DNA from: Octopus vulgaris
Taxonomy: Eukaryota
Direction of reading: 5' to 3'
Length of the DNA: 64,000 nucleotides
NCBI GenBank assembly: GCA_951406725.2
Contig: OX597840.1
Coordinates: 1,550,001 to 1,614,000 of the forward strand
Shown: positions 1 to 13,526 of the stretch, piece by piece
Layout of the letters: the number at the start of each line of letters is the position of its first letter
Numbering within the stretch: position 1 is the stretch's first letter
The notes under the pieces: generated by a model
Databases searched by the model: none
Seen by the model: only the letters and a program-made list of their open reading frames with translations
Told to the model about the DNA's origin: nothing
Translations under genes and position numbers: made by a program

Positions 1-98
1 ATTGGTCTCTCTTAGCTGAACCGCTTAGGTTACGGAACGTAAACACAACATCTGTTGACAATTGATTGTGGGAGGACAAACACAGACACAAACAACAA

Positions 99-133
<35 letters not shown>

Positions 134-299
134 TTGACATATAAATATACGACGGGCTTTTTACAGTTTCCGCCTACCAAATCCATTCACAAGGCTTTGG
201 TCGGCAGGAGGCATTTTCCCAATGTGCCACGCAGAGGAACTGAAACCGAAAACATGTGATTGGGAATCATGCTTCTTACCACACAGCCACTCCTGCGCG
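1..299 (-). mobile_element. tRNA-derived SINE family A with internal (TA)n/(TG)n tract, cut by window edge
   Basis: Reverse complement reads GGAGTGGCTGTGTGGTAAG...GGTTTCAGTTCC (A/B-box-like head) followed by the body shared with more than 10 other copies in the window. Confidence 0.85.
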
Positions 300-453
300 T
301 ATATATATATGTTTGGTATTGTATGTCTGTGTATATATTATACATAATATATATATACACACACATACATACATACATACATACATACATTACACACATA
401 ATGTTTTATATACATATACATACATACAAATATTTTTCATAAATTTGGATATT

Positions 454-524
<71 letters not shown>

Positions 525-679
525 AATGTATATATATATATGTCTGTGTGTGTGTGTATGTGTATGTGTCTGTCTGTCTGTCTGTCTGTGTGTATATGCA
601 TACATACATATATACATACATATATATATATATGTATATACGGTTGTAGACAAATGCATGCGAATATACATTCATACAT

Positions 680-1019
680 TAAAGACCTTCTTCGATCATG
701 AATGACCATGGGATTGCACCTAGAAAGTTACCCTCCGAGGCAAATGTCCGGGAAATATTGTTTGTGGAAGACCAGCAGTCGCCGATGCATACCAGCCTCC
801 CCTCTTCACACCATCAATGTTGTCCAAGGGAAAGGCAAAGGCCGATACAGCTTAGCACCAGTGATGTCTCGCAACTCATTTCTACAGCCGAGTTAACTGG
901 AGCAACGTGAAATAAAATGTCTTGCTCAAGAACACAACAGGCAGCCCGGTCCGGGAATCGAACTCACAATCTCACGACTGTAAGCTCGATGCTCTAACCA
1001 ATGAGCCATGCACCTTCAC
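680..1019 (-). mobile_element. tRNA-derived SINE, family C-type head and core with a distinct tail
   Basis: Minus strand: TGGCTCATTGGTTAGAGC...GAGTTCGATTCCCGG, then GTGTTCTTGAGCAAGACATTTTATTTCACGTTGCTCCAG core shared with 18735 and 45105 copies. Confidence 0.8.
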
Positions 1020-1467
1020 ATGCATACATATATTTAAATACATATGTCTTGTCTCGTTCATATTGTTATTGATATATTTCTCCAGTTATTATTCATCCTC
1101 AAATAATGTATCTTGAAACTTACACACAGATTTGTATTTGATTTCTAAGGATAACTAAGAATTTTTTCTTTTATTGTTACCTTTTGTAAAGGGTAAGAAT
1201 CGTGCTGACAAACTTCCAAGGGCCCTTCTATGCTGTTGAGATCAGGAAATTTAATGCTCGTCTTGAATTTTCTAATTATCTATTGTGTAGATTTATTTGC
1301 TCAAGTCCATTCAACGGCAGTAATTCTGGAACAACACCTTCAAGGATATTGACCCCTAGTACTTTCTTTTAAGACTGGCACTTATTTTGTGGCTCGCTTT
1401 TGCCGGACGTAGACAATCCATGTGATGGTGGTGGAGAAACACATACACAAAAACTTACACACACACC

Positions 1468-1528
<61 letters not shown>

Positions 1529-1537
1529 ATATATATA

Positions 1538-1878
1538 TAAATGAAAGATGGAGTTGAACGACGAATTAACAAAATTCCTTTAATCTCGACATATGTTTCG
1601 AAGGAATAAGGGGTGCAAGGCGGCATAATGCACCCTTATTCCTTCGAAATTAGGAATATGCAGCCTTCGAAACATATGTCGAAAATAAAGGAATTTTGTT
1701 AATTCGTCGTTCAACTCCATTCTTTCATTTATTTGTATTAAAAAAACACACAAATTTCCACACGAAAGCACGTGATCTCTGCCCTTGGCATGTAGCTTCA
1801 AGTGTGTTTTTCTGACGTGAATTTGCTACCCAGGTATCGGTTAACCGAATTATCCATAATAAGATAATTCATTCAACT

Positions 1879-1882
<4 letters not shown>
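1538..1882 (+). mobile_element. Penelope-like pLTR-derived element (HHR family 1): forward copy preceded by an inverted partial copy, between (TA)n tracts
   Basis: 1538-1617 is the reverse complement of parts of 1629-1730; contains the HHR 3' half CTTCGAAACATATGTC; homologous to 31200-31338 and 43155-43369. Confidence 0.75.
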
Positions 1883-2192
<310 letters not shown>

Positions 2193-2701
2193 GTATGTAT
2201 GTATGTATGTATGTATGTATGTATGTATGTATGTATATTCGACGGTCTCCTTTCAGTGTCCGCCTAACAAACCCACTCACAACACCCTGGTCAGCCCGCG
2301 GCCATAGAAGAGAACACTTGCAAAGGTGCCACACAGTGGGACTGAACGCAGAGAAATGTGATTGAGAAGCAAGCTTCTTGCCATAAAACCAATCCCACTT
2401 GAACCATTCTGGGAAACGTTTCAGTATTACGAGAATTTAATGGAGGTGCGTCGTTCAATAAGGAATAGCATGGCGTTTACCTTTAGTGCTGGATAAGATC
2501 TGAAGCCAAACAAATTTGATGAGGGAAGATGAGACAAGTGGACGGAAATATCCGATTACAGATGGCAACAACCCAAAAGTGACAGTTACATATAAAGTAG
2601 CAGAAGCAGAAGCCGTAGCAGCAGCAAGTATTTCAGTAGTAGCAGTAGAAACAGCAGGTGTAGGGTTTGGATATTATATATTGTTGTGTTTATATATATA
2701 T

Positions 2702-3132
2702 TCTTTCTATTCTTTTATTCTTTTAGTCGTTTCAGTCACTTGACTGCGGACATGCTGGAGCACCGCCTTTAGTCGAGCAAATCGACGCCGGGACTTATTA
2801 TTTGTAAGCCCAGTACTTTTTCTATCGGTCTCTTTTGCCGAACCGCTAAGTGACGGGGACGTAAACACACCAGCATCGGTTGTCAAGCAATGCTAGGGGG
2901 ACAAACACAGACACACAAACATACACGCACCCCCCACACACATATATATATATATATATACATATATACGACGGGCTTCTTTCAGTTTCCGTCTAACAAA
3001 TCCACTCACAAGGTTTTGGTCGGCCCGAGGCTATAGTAGAAGACACTTGCCCAAACTGCCACGCAGTGGGACTGAACCCAGAACCATGTGGTTGATAAGC
3101 AAGCTACTTACCACACAGTCACTCCTGTGCCT
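2702..3132 (-). mobile_element. SINE family A, near full length
   Basis: Head, internal microsatellite and tail (GGCGGTGCTCCAGCATG...GACTGAAAC) on minus strand. Confidence 0.9.
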
Positions 3133-3892
3133 ATATATATATATATATATTATATATTATATATGGTTATCTTTATATATATATATTTATACTATATACT
3201 TTTTGGCTCTTTCACATAATAACGTACATCTAAAGGCCAAAGACAGGTATTTGTTATCGAATGACTACTTGAATCATAGTGAGCCGATGACACTAACCAC
3301 TAAGCCAAGCAAAGTTTTTCTCCTGACTCAGACATTGAATAATATATAAGAACTCTGTTTTAGTTTCTGAAGATTAAAGATGTTATAAAAGAAAGAACAT
3401 GTGATAGTTCTTAAGTTGTTGATACGATCACTATTGGTACGTCTTGCACGCAACTAGTTTACGGCTAAATTTGATATTGAGAAAAATTGTTGACAGAAGA
3501 AAATCGTAGAAAACTTTAAAGTGATTTTTCAATATAGTGAACCTCGAAAGTAGATATTTTTTTCAAACATGTCAGGATTTTAACATTCGCAAATTCGTAA
3601 AGCTCTGAGATTTTTGTTGATCAAAGTGTTACCTTTTTGTAAATGAATTAGTTTGAATTGCGAGGAATTAGGAGTTTCTTTTGGTATCACATTTTATATG
3701 TGATTCGCCACTGATGGGCACCCTTAGTAGATGCCTTCTGCTATATTGTCGGAATGACCAAAGATTTGTGAATGGATTTGGTTGAAAGAAATTGGAGGCA
3801 CCTAGTTGAATATAGATAAAAGCTATTCACCGATTATATCTCGATTTTTGTCTGTATGCATATACATGCAGACACATAAACCCTCACACACG

Positions 3893-3970
<78 letters not shown>

Positions 3971-4028
3971 TATATATATATAGAAAATAGTAAATATATA
4001 TATATATATATGTGTATATGTAAAAGGT

Positions 4029-4430
4029 TGTGAATTAGAAAGAAATTGTAAAAAGTACATTGTATATAAGGCAACAATTATAACACAGGAACCCTCTACA
4101 TATATCTACACAGAATGCACCAATCGGGAATTTCGAACCACCACGAATCTACGTTTAGAGACTATAGGAATGCGAAGAGTACCGGACTCTCAAAATAAAA
4201 GTTTAAAAAGAAAGAATTTGGCACCGCAAAAGAAAGAATATTAATTTCTCAACTATGCGGTTAATTCTACTTTCTACCCCTTGTTACAGAATTAACAATA
4301 AAATTTGCAGATTATGTCTAGAAGAAAACTGTAATATAATGAGAATAAATACATGACTTGTTAATACGAGGGATGAAGCTTTTACTCGGGTAAACACATG
4401 ACCAAATTCCTATTCATTAATCTAAAATAG
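4029..4430 (+). pseudogene. Penelope-like retroelement GIY-YIG endonuclease remnant
   Basis: Broken frames give [20 protein letters not shown]...YIYTECTNREF / HHESTFRDYRNAKSTGLSK / CRLCLEE / NTRDE / KHMTKFLF, matching the PLE endonuclease pattern IVY...YIG...H...F...STxLSK...CxLCLxEK...LNxRxE...HxxKF. Confidence 0.75.
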
Positions 4431-4730
4431 CTATTTACTCCCTGAATTCTTCGTTAGATATTTTTTAAATCAAAATATATTCTCACATATTACTAAATTA
4501 ATATAATAATTTTTCCTGTCTCCTATTGTATTACAATAACATAAATCCCCTGTAGATACATGATATTAATGTTTCCTTTATGACAACTTAAGGACATTCT
4601 ATGTAAATGGCCATTGTGTAAAGTATGTTTCGCCATACATTTTTCTCATAGGCTTCGGTATATGAATTTATACTTAACTATATTCTTCTTTATTCCTATG
4701 TTTTTGCACAAATGCTTATGCATGTATGTG

Positions 4731-4781
<51 letters not shown>

Positions 4782-5004
4782 CAAGTGCATATTCATAGTG
4801 TATATGTAAGATATACCATCTTCTGTATGTAGATTTTTTTGTATACCTATGTATTTGCATTTGTGTATACATATATATTTCTATTTATATGTATACCCTT
4901 GTATACCTATGTCTCCTTACTCTCATTTTATCTCCCTCCAATCCTAACATATCACTAAATACTCATATGTTATTCCATTTTACAACTTAGTATATTTTAA
5001 TACT

Positions 5005-5083
<79 letters not shown>

Positions 5084-5175
5084 GTATATATATATATATA
5101 TATATGCTAGAGCGTTTGTGCATGAGCATATCCCTGTGAGCACATCTACTTATGTTTTTATATGTTTATCTACGC

Positions 5176-5221
<46 letters not shown>

Positions 5222-6046
5222 GTAGATTTATTATGTTTCTATGTGTATATGTACGTGTATCTGTATAGTAATGTGGTATGTATATATATCTACATATATA
5301 TGTGTAGCTATGGGCTTACACGTGAATAATGTGTGCCAATATATGCGTATATGACTATATAAACATATACCCTACTGTGTATATATAATATTAACTTATT
5401 CTACACTATTATATCTTATACATACACCCCTACGCGTAACCATTTACCCTAAAATCATGATAACAATTATATTATATACATTCACTAAACCTACATAACG
5501 TCTATTATTGTTCATTACGATAATATACTTCTTAGATAGCTAAATACTTCTTACATATATACATAAGCATTCCAATCTATAATTATTACACAGAATTCAT
5601 CTTATATAATATTCCTACATATCTTTCATATAATATATATTGTTATCTTTATATATAAATATATTTATACTATATACTTTTTGGCTCTTTCGCATAATAA
5701 CGTATATTTACACCAAAATCACCATTATAGTTTTCATGGATATCTTTATAAACTATTATGGAAGTGTATGTATAATGATAAACGTTCTCTGTATATATAG
5801 TATCTCACTACTACTTTTGTATTTGAGGTATTATCGTATTTTTGCATTATCGTATTTTTCGGAATATGATAAAATCTGTCTCCATTATTGGCCACACATT
5901 CTCTCTATATTTATATAGACAAGTATTTACAGTAAATTATTACTGTATGGTTTTCATGTAGAACACTGTAATTTTTATATCTATATAAAGTTATCCACTC
6001 TCTTTCCCCGAAAATACTTAGCACAGAAATATATATATATATATAT

Positions 6047-6363
6047 GGAAAAAGGATATATATTTGCAGAGGAAAGCCTGCTTTTCCTCGACAGCCATGA
6101 TTATCACACACAGATGACGGGTCATTACCCAGAAACTCGAGTCCGTGTGTATCATAGGTTGAAGACACGAAGGATAACTTCCCTTTCCAAATACTGATAG
6201 GGCACAGAAACTGTGTCTATAGCCAGCTGGATGTAGTGTCCTCCTGGGGCTACAAGCTACAGTAGCATCCACCCTTAGGGGCTAGCCATATTTAAATGGC
6301 AAATATACTTCACGATGTGTTCCAGCTACTGCTTATACCTCGCTCAGAGATGTATTTTTGTTT
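6047..6363 (+). mobile_element. Solo copy of HHR family 2 unit flanked by (TA)n
   Basis: Reverse-complement homologue of the tandem units at 61251-61915. Confidence 0.85.
6105..6149 (+). ncRNA. Type I hammerhead ribozyme, core mutated (CAGAUGA)
   Basis: CACACA-CAGATGA-CGGGT CATT ACCCA-GAAA-CTCGAG-TC-CGTGTG. Confidence 0.65.
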
Positions 6364-7159
6364 ATATATATATATAAATTAATTTTTTGTATAACATTAT
6401 CCATATCCATTTAATACCTTTCTCATTACCCTCTCTTTTTCTTTTATGTTTTAACATCCCCTTTTTTCTAATCTCCCAAACATACTCAATACTTCTTATT
6501 TATGTCCCCTATATTAGTCTAATTCCGTTTACTTCTCACCTTCTCTAATTTATTAGCTTTTCCCTCCTGTACTTTCTCTTACTACATCTAAATTGTTTTT
6601 TACTTTTCTTAACACTAAATTGCGTAAGTATAATACAACCATTTTTTAAGATAAGCTTTTTCATCATTTTATAATTTAAAATAAAATACCAAGTATTGTC
6701 GTTAACGGTTAAATTTAATTTAAATTACTACCTTTTTCTCATTGGACATTTCTCTAACTCGCCCTATACTTCATATATGGAGTTATAATTTTCCAGTCTA
6801 TACTAATCTATAGAGAGGAAGTTATTGATATTTCTAAATTTATATCATCCCCTAACTGTTCATCTGTTAGTTGTGGTTAAATAATTGACATGACTCCCTT
6901 CACTATTACGCAGGTATAGGAATAAATAAACATGAAACTCATAGGTCCAACTTCTCTGCTCCTTTTATTTATGTTAATAATTTTTTGCGCACTGATGAAT
7001 ACTTTGATATTTTCAAATTCTGAAATTGAATTTATATCTATGTACGAAACGACCGTACGCATGAATAAACTTCTTACAACTTTTTAGCAACTTATCTCCT
7101 CCATTTTTGATAAATATGATTGCATTTGTAAAACTTCCTTGCATAACTTAATCATACAC

Positions 7160-7210
<51 letters not shown>

Positions 7211-7237
7211 GTGTGAGTTTGTGTCTGTTTATGTTTC

Positions 7238-7279
<42 letters not shown>

Positions 7280-7649
7280 TAGTCGAAAGATACACATGTC
7301 CTTAAGCAGGTATCGTTTCTTTACTTGTTTCTTAGCCTTTAGTGAATTTTTCTAATTCTGCTTTGATAAAAAGTCCACCTCAAGCGCGCCAATCTATTTC
7401 TTTTCATTTTCCTTGCAACGACATAGAATTCACAGTGCACAACTTTCTTTCTTTCCTTTTATGATTTGTGTCTGTTTACATTTTGTCCGCCGCCCTTCGA
7501 AGCTTTTCTCAGTAATAGTAACCTTTCATGTTGTCTAAATGCCCGTCTCATATTCACCTCCTGGCCTTTGTACTATTTCATCTGCACAGACACACATAAA
7601 CACACATACAAACACACACACACACACAAACACACACACAATATTTCAT

Positions 7650-8041
7650 TTGTTTAAATCATTTGAGTGCGGCCATGCTAGAGCACAGCCTTAAAGGATT
7701 TCTAGTCAAAGAAATCGACTCCAGTAATTATTCTGTGTGAGCCTAATACTTATTCTATCGACATTTTTTGCCGAATCGCTACATTATGGGAATGTAGACA
7801 CACGAACATCGGTTGTCAAGCGATGGTGGTGGGTATAAAGAGCCAAAACATTGTAGAAACATGAATATATATATAAAAATATACCACAGCCTTCTTTCAG
7901 TTTCCGTCTACCAACTACACGCACAAGGCTTTGGTCGGCCCGAGGCTATAGTAGAAGACACTTGTTCAAGATGCCACACAGTGGGACTGAAACCGGAACC
8001 CTGTGGTTGGTGAGCAAACTACTTACCACACAACCACGCCT
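7650..8041 (-). mobile_element. SINE family A, diverged
   Basis: Homology to other family A copies. Confidence 0.8.
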
Positions 8042-8298
8042 ATGTATATACACACACACATATATGTATATGTACGTACACACACACACATACACACACA
8101 TATATGTATATAATGTATGTATAACAAAACAGAAAACTGAAAATTTTGTAGTACTTATTTACCATTTCACATCTTTCATTTTTAATAGGAATTACGAAGT
8201 TTTACATGCTAGACATATAAGGAGATATTAGTAATTTAAAATAACTATCTGCATTATACATACATATACATATATATATATATATATATTTATGTATA

Positions 8299-8368
<70 letters not shown>

Positions 8369-9230
8369 AATTGTAATGATTTCATATATCCTACTCACAT
8401 CTACTTGTGTATTCACTCTCCAGTTATTAATAATCGCCACACGAACGGTTTCGGTTGTTTGCTCTCTAACCGCGAAATATTTCAGGGCTATTTCTCGTTG
8501 TTCGATACATTAGGAAACTTTTACCTCTATTCGCTAAACATGAGTCTGTGTGTGTGTACGTGAGTGTATGCGTGCGTGTGTGCGTGAGTGTATGTGTGCG
8601 GGTGTGTGTGTGAGTGAGAGGGAGAGAGAGTTCGTTAAAAATTATCTATTACGGATAAAGTAATGATTGAGTGGTAATATCTGTCCCCACTTAAATGTGT
8701 TTGTTCTATTAGAACAAACTATACTGTAATAGATACCATGAGAGAACCTCTCATATTGGCTTTTGTTTCAACATGCACTCTTACTTATATACTTAACGGG
8801 GAGATAAATCTCAGTTACCTTTAGCCCCGAGACGACCAGATCACAAGATTTTGACCTCGTTTGCCTTGCGAATGATGGACGCTCGACCGGTAAACGCAAC
8901 AGCAAATCATCTCTCCGCCTGCGATATATAATCTGACTGTGCTAGAATAGTCGCTGGTGTCTCGATTAACCAGTGAGTTTCTTTAAAATATTTATTTACA
9001 ACAGAGGAAGTATTTGTACCGGGAGCTAATATTTATCCCCCCTTAAGTGTGGATGTTCTGTTAGGACATGCTATACTGTGGTAAATACCTTGAGAGAGAC
9101 ACACAAACATAAGTATTATATTCAAGTGACAAATCTGTTGCGGTATTTGTTGTCTAACGTCAAATCAGTCTTGACTATGCTGGGCCTTCACTAAAAGCTA
9201 TCCAACCATGATCATCTAGTCTGTTGTTGT

Positions 9231-9450
9231 GAAGACGCGTGGCTTAGTGGTTAGAGTTTTGGACTTATGATTATAAGATTGTAGTTTCGATTCTCAGACC
9301 GGGCGTCACGTTGTATTTTTCTGTAAAATTCTTCGTTTCACGTTGCTCCAGTCCACTCAGCTCGCAAAAACGAGTAATTCTGCGATGGACAGGCGTCCCG
9401 TCCAGGTCGGGATAATATACACCATGAAGCCGGGAAACCGGCCCTTATAT
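9231..9450 (+). mobile_element. SINE with family C head/core and family D-like tail
   Basis: GACGCGTGGCTTAGTGGTTAGAG head; TTTCACGTTGCTCCAGTCCACTCAG core; GATGGACAGGCGTCCCGTCCAGGT...CCGGGAAACCGGCCCTTAT tail. Confidence 0.75.
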
Positions 9451-9559
9451 GTCGGCATCACACAGGAAGGATCTTTATAAATGTATATAGAATGTCTGGT
9501 TGATATATCTGAAATACATACGTTTTCTAGTGTTGTCCTTGTATAAAAGTAATAAATCT

Positions 9560-10560
9560 TAATCTGATATTCGTCCCTCGATGTCGCACCTTCCGCAAGC
9601 AAAACAGTGAAATATTTCGTAGAATAAATCGGAGTCATTATTGATTTCACCCCAGAAAATCCCTTGCATCGATTTTTCACACCTTGAATGTGTCATCGTA
9701 TCGTTAAACTTGCCGCTTTGATATCACGTACAAATATATACTCTGCCCTACTGTACTTAGTATATCCGTTGTCACAAAGACAGTTATCAAATCAAACGCA
9801 AATTCTAATGTTCCTTGTTTGAACGATATTTCACTCAGCTTTCATTCGGATCAGAAACTACTCTCCTTCGTGATAAATAAATATTCTCACTCAATTTGAC
9901 TATTTCCGGTGTTAAAAGTCATGCAGCGGCAACGACTATACACACTTTAACGAACTTGTCTTCGATGTGTGGATTCACTTCCTTTCCAATTAACTCCCAC
10001 ACACTCACAAGCTATCTATCTAACTTTCGTGCGTTACGCAAGTCCTTTCATTAATGTGACAGTCGATAATATATCGCTGTTTGCATGAAGATTCTTTAAA
10101 AATGTTCTAGCGTGTCTAAATGCAAAACTCCGTTTTCACTTTTGCGTTGCCTTCATGTTTGGTTTTTACAATGGCGTATTTGTATAACCGTATAACCTAC
10201 GGTCAAATCTTCACAAATATCTAATTATCTGTCCATTTTTCAGCGAACAAAGAACCGATTCCGGCAATTTTTTTCTTCCTCCATTAATACTAGCCATTAG
10301 AGACAGGTTTACTTTTAATCGTTTTAGATTTGTGATCTGAAATCTTTAAATAACCCTTGGCAAAGTTAGCGCTAAATGGTTCATATTAATTGGTTCTCCA
10401 CACTTAATGCTGAATAACACTTCTATATTATGTCATCAAATTGTAGATATATCGACACATACTTATTGTCACAAGACTGATCTTACATTATATTGAATCT
10501 ATAAACTCCATACCCAACAAATACGTGGGTTTCTACCGCAATTTCAATTTTCAAATCGGT
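9560..10560 (-). pseudogene. Highly decayed LINE remnant, possibly the APE region of an RTE-type element
   Basis: Minus frame near 10230-10280 reads EEKIAGIGSLFAEKWTD, resembling the APE GVGxLLxxKW motif; many stops elsewhere. Confidence 0.35.
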
Positions 10561-10756
10561 TGGCGTACGGCCACATACAGCGGAGTGACTTTAAGGATTC
10601 TACAAAAATTTATACACTTAATTACTTTATAAAAAAATATACGCACTGCAACAAATAACCTATATCGTACGATGCTTCTAGAATAAATAGAAGAGCTTGT
10701 CCGACGGACAAAATGGAAAGCTTCTTCAATGATCAGAATAATTTTTTTTTAATATG

Positions 10757-10920
10757 GGGTGGCTGTGTGGTAAGTAGCTTGTTTACCAACCACATGGTTA
10801 CGGGTTCAGTCCCATTGCGTGGCACCTTGGGCAAGTGTCTTCTACTATAGCCTAGGGCCGACCAAAGCCTTGTGAGTGAATTTGGTAGACGGAAACTGAA
10901 AGAAGCCCGTCGTATATATG

Positions 10921-10994
<74 letters not shown>

Positions 10995-11203
10995 TATGTC
11001 TGTGTTTGTCCCACTAGCATTGCTTGGCAACCAATGGTAGTGTGTTTAGGTCTCCGTCACTTAGCGGTTCGGCAAAAGAAACCGATAGAATAAGTACTGG
11101 GCTTACAAAAAGAATAAGTCCCGGGGTCGAGTTGCTCGATTAAAGGCGGTGCTCCAGCATGGCCGCAGTCAAATGACTGAAACAAGTGAAAGAGTAAAAG
11201 AGT
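10757..11203 (+). mobile_element. SINE family A, full length
   Basis: Head GTGGCTGTGTGGTAAGTAGC...GGGTTCAGTCCC, internal (TA)n(TG)n, tail ending AAAGAGTAAAAGAG. Confidence 0.9.
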
Positions 11204-11696
11204 GAATACAACGCACAAACAACCTGAAAGATTGCTTTTAGATACATGGCGTATTTTATAAATATACCTAGTTAACGTATCATAAAAGCATGTAACTCTA
11301 TATTGTTCTTTCGGGTGTGTATTAAATGCCTGAGAGGCCTGAATGATGTGGATGTAGGTATCTTCAAAATAACATTGAATCTCATCCTGTCCATAGTTCC
11401 AGATGAGCCTACCTCACGGCAGGAAACAGAGATGAGAACAGCACCATCAAACTCCTTCTTTCACCAAATGCTATATATCAGAGTAGGTTTCAAATAATAG
11501 TGTGCAACAGTTAACGGTGGTGCCCCAGCATGACCGCATCTTTAAAACTAAAACAAAAGAACCAATTAAAGAGTTATACATAGAAACATGCATTCATATA
11601 CACATACATACATACATACATATATACATACACACATACATACATACATACATACATACATACATACATACATACATACATACATACATACATACA

Positions 11697-11727
<31 letters not shown>

Positions 11728-11728
<1 letters not shown>

Positions 11729-11890
11729 GGCGCAGGCGTGACTGTGTGCTAAGAAGATTGCTCCCCAACCACATGATTCCAGGTTCAGTCCCACTGCATG
11801 GCTGCTTGGCCAAGTGTCTACTATAATAGCCTCGGGCCGACGAAAACCTTGTGACTGGATTTGGTAGATGGAAACTGAAAGAAGCCAGTC

Positions 11891-11947
<57 letters not shown>

Positions 11948-12152
11948 TATATTAATGTGTGTGTCCTCCCCAATAGTTTGACAACCGATGGTGGTGTGTT
12001 TATGTCCCCGTAACTTAGCAGTTCGGCGAAAGACAGCGATAGAATAAGGACTAGGCTTACAAAGAATACGTCCTGAGGTCGATTTGTTCGACTAAAACCC
12101 TGAGAGGCGGTGATCCAGCATGGCTGGTGTCAAATAACTGAAACAAGTAAAC
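11728..12152 (+). mobile_element. SINE family A
   Basis: Same head, body and tail; follows a (TACA)n tract. Confidence 0.85.
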
Positions 12153-12238
12153 GAATATAATAATATATATATATAGAGAGGGGGGAGACATTATTTTCTC
12201 TCTCTCTCGCTTTCTGTCTGTGTCTGTCTGTCTCTCTC

Positions 12239-12322
<84 letters not shown>

Positions 12323-12424
12323 TACTTTGATACTTTGATACTTTGATAGGTTTCGGCCATTATTGGCCCAGGCCATGTCTAACTTAATAGCACCACCTGA
12401 TAAATGTATATATATATATACATA

Positions 12425-12490
<66 letters not shown>

Positions 12491-12599
12491 TATATGTGTG
12501 TGCGTATGTGTGTGTGTGCGTATGTGTTTTATGTTTATATATATATATATATATATGTATGTATATATTATATATCCATTGATAGATAGATAGACAGAG

Positions 12600-12899
12600 A
12601 GATTATTCTGTCAGTATAAGGGATTATACATGGAGATTAGTTTAATCCACAGGATAGTAAATTTCCACTTATCATTTGTTTATATTTTCGGTATTATCTT
12701 CAATCCTTAGTCAGAAGAAATGACCAGTTGAATTTCCAACCCTAATTTCTTAAATAGAAATTCAACTGCTCATTCCTAGAGACTAAGGTGTGGAGGTAAC
12801 ACCAAAAGTGAAAAGAAGTGATTAGTACAAATTTCATTTGCTATCGTATGGGTTAACATAATTTGTATGGATTATCCATTGTAATGATTAGAATAATCT
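12600..12899. repeat. Old imperfect ~300-bp palindrome (MITE-like or decayed fold-back)
   Basis: Nested inverted pairs AGATTATTCT/AGAATAATCT, CCTTAGTC/GACTAAGG, CAGTTGAATTTC/GAAATTCAACTG. Confidence 0.65.
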
Positions 12900-13156
12900 A
12901 CTGATTATTGAAACAATTGTCATAAATTAAAAAGTATACTTCATCAAACCAACGATTTGTCCTTCATTTCAGTGATATAAGGTATTTTCTCAACACTACA
13001 AATTCGAAGGCGGCCCACGTTGGAATATTATCTTTTATCTTTTATTCGTGTTAATCGTTAGACTGCGGCCATACTGGGGCACTGCTTCGAGACTCTTTTG
13101 TCGAATTAAGCGACCTCATCACTTATATTTTTTTTTAAAGCCTGGTACTTATTCTA

Positions 13157-13449
13157 CGAGTGGAGTCACATGGCCTAGTGGTTAGAGCAGCGGACTCGCG
13201 GTCGAGGGGTCGCGGGTTCGAATCTCAGACCAGGAAATGAGTGTGTTTGAGCGAAACACCTAAGTTCCACCCGGCTCCGGCAGAAGGTAATGGCGAACTT
13301 CTGCTGTCTCGTTCGCCACAAGTTTCTCTCACTCTTTCCTCCTGCATCTTGCAGCTCACCGGTGCCCAGTCCATGTGGGGAACCTATACGCCAAAGTACC
13401 CGGGAAACCGGCCCTTATGAGCCAGGCGTGGCTCGAGGAGGAACAAACA
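13157..13449 (+). mobile_element. tRNA-derived SINE family D inserted in an older SINE remnant
   Basis: TGGCCTAGTGGTTAGAGCAGCGGACTCGCGGTCG...GGTTCGAATC head; TSD ACTTATTCTA at 13147-13156 and 13450-13459. Confidence 0.85.
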
Positions 13450-13526
13450 ACTTATTCTATGAAGCGATGGTGGTGGTCAAACGCAGACAAAAAAGATAAC
13501 CCTCCCCATATATATGTATATGTATA

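Noticed and set aside
6992-7030. CTGATGA followed by GAAA
   Set aside because: No helix I or II pairing found; not called as a hammerhead
6600-7140. Possible gag-like LINE ORF1 remnant on the minus strand
   Set aside because: Too decayed; no intact zinc-knuckle motif
13160-13232. tRNA-like sequence
   Set aside because: Head of a multicopy SINE with a TSD; no proper acceptor stem
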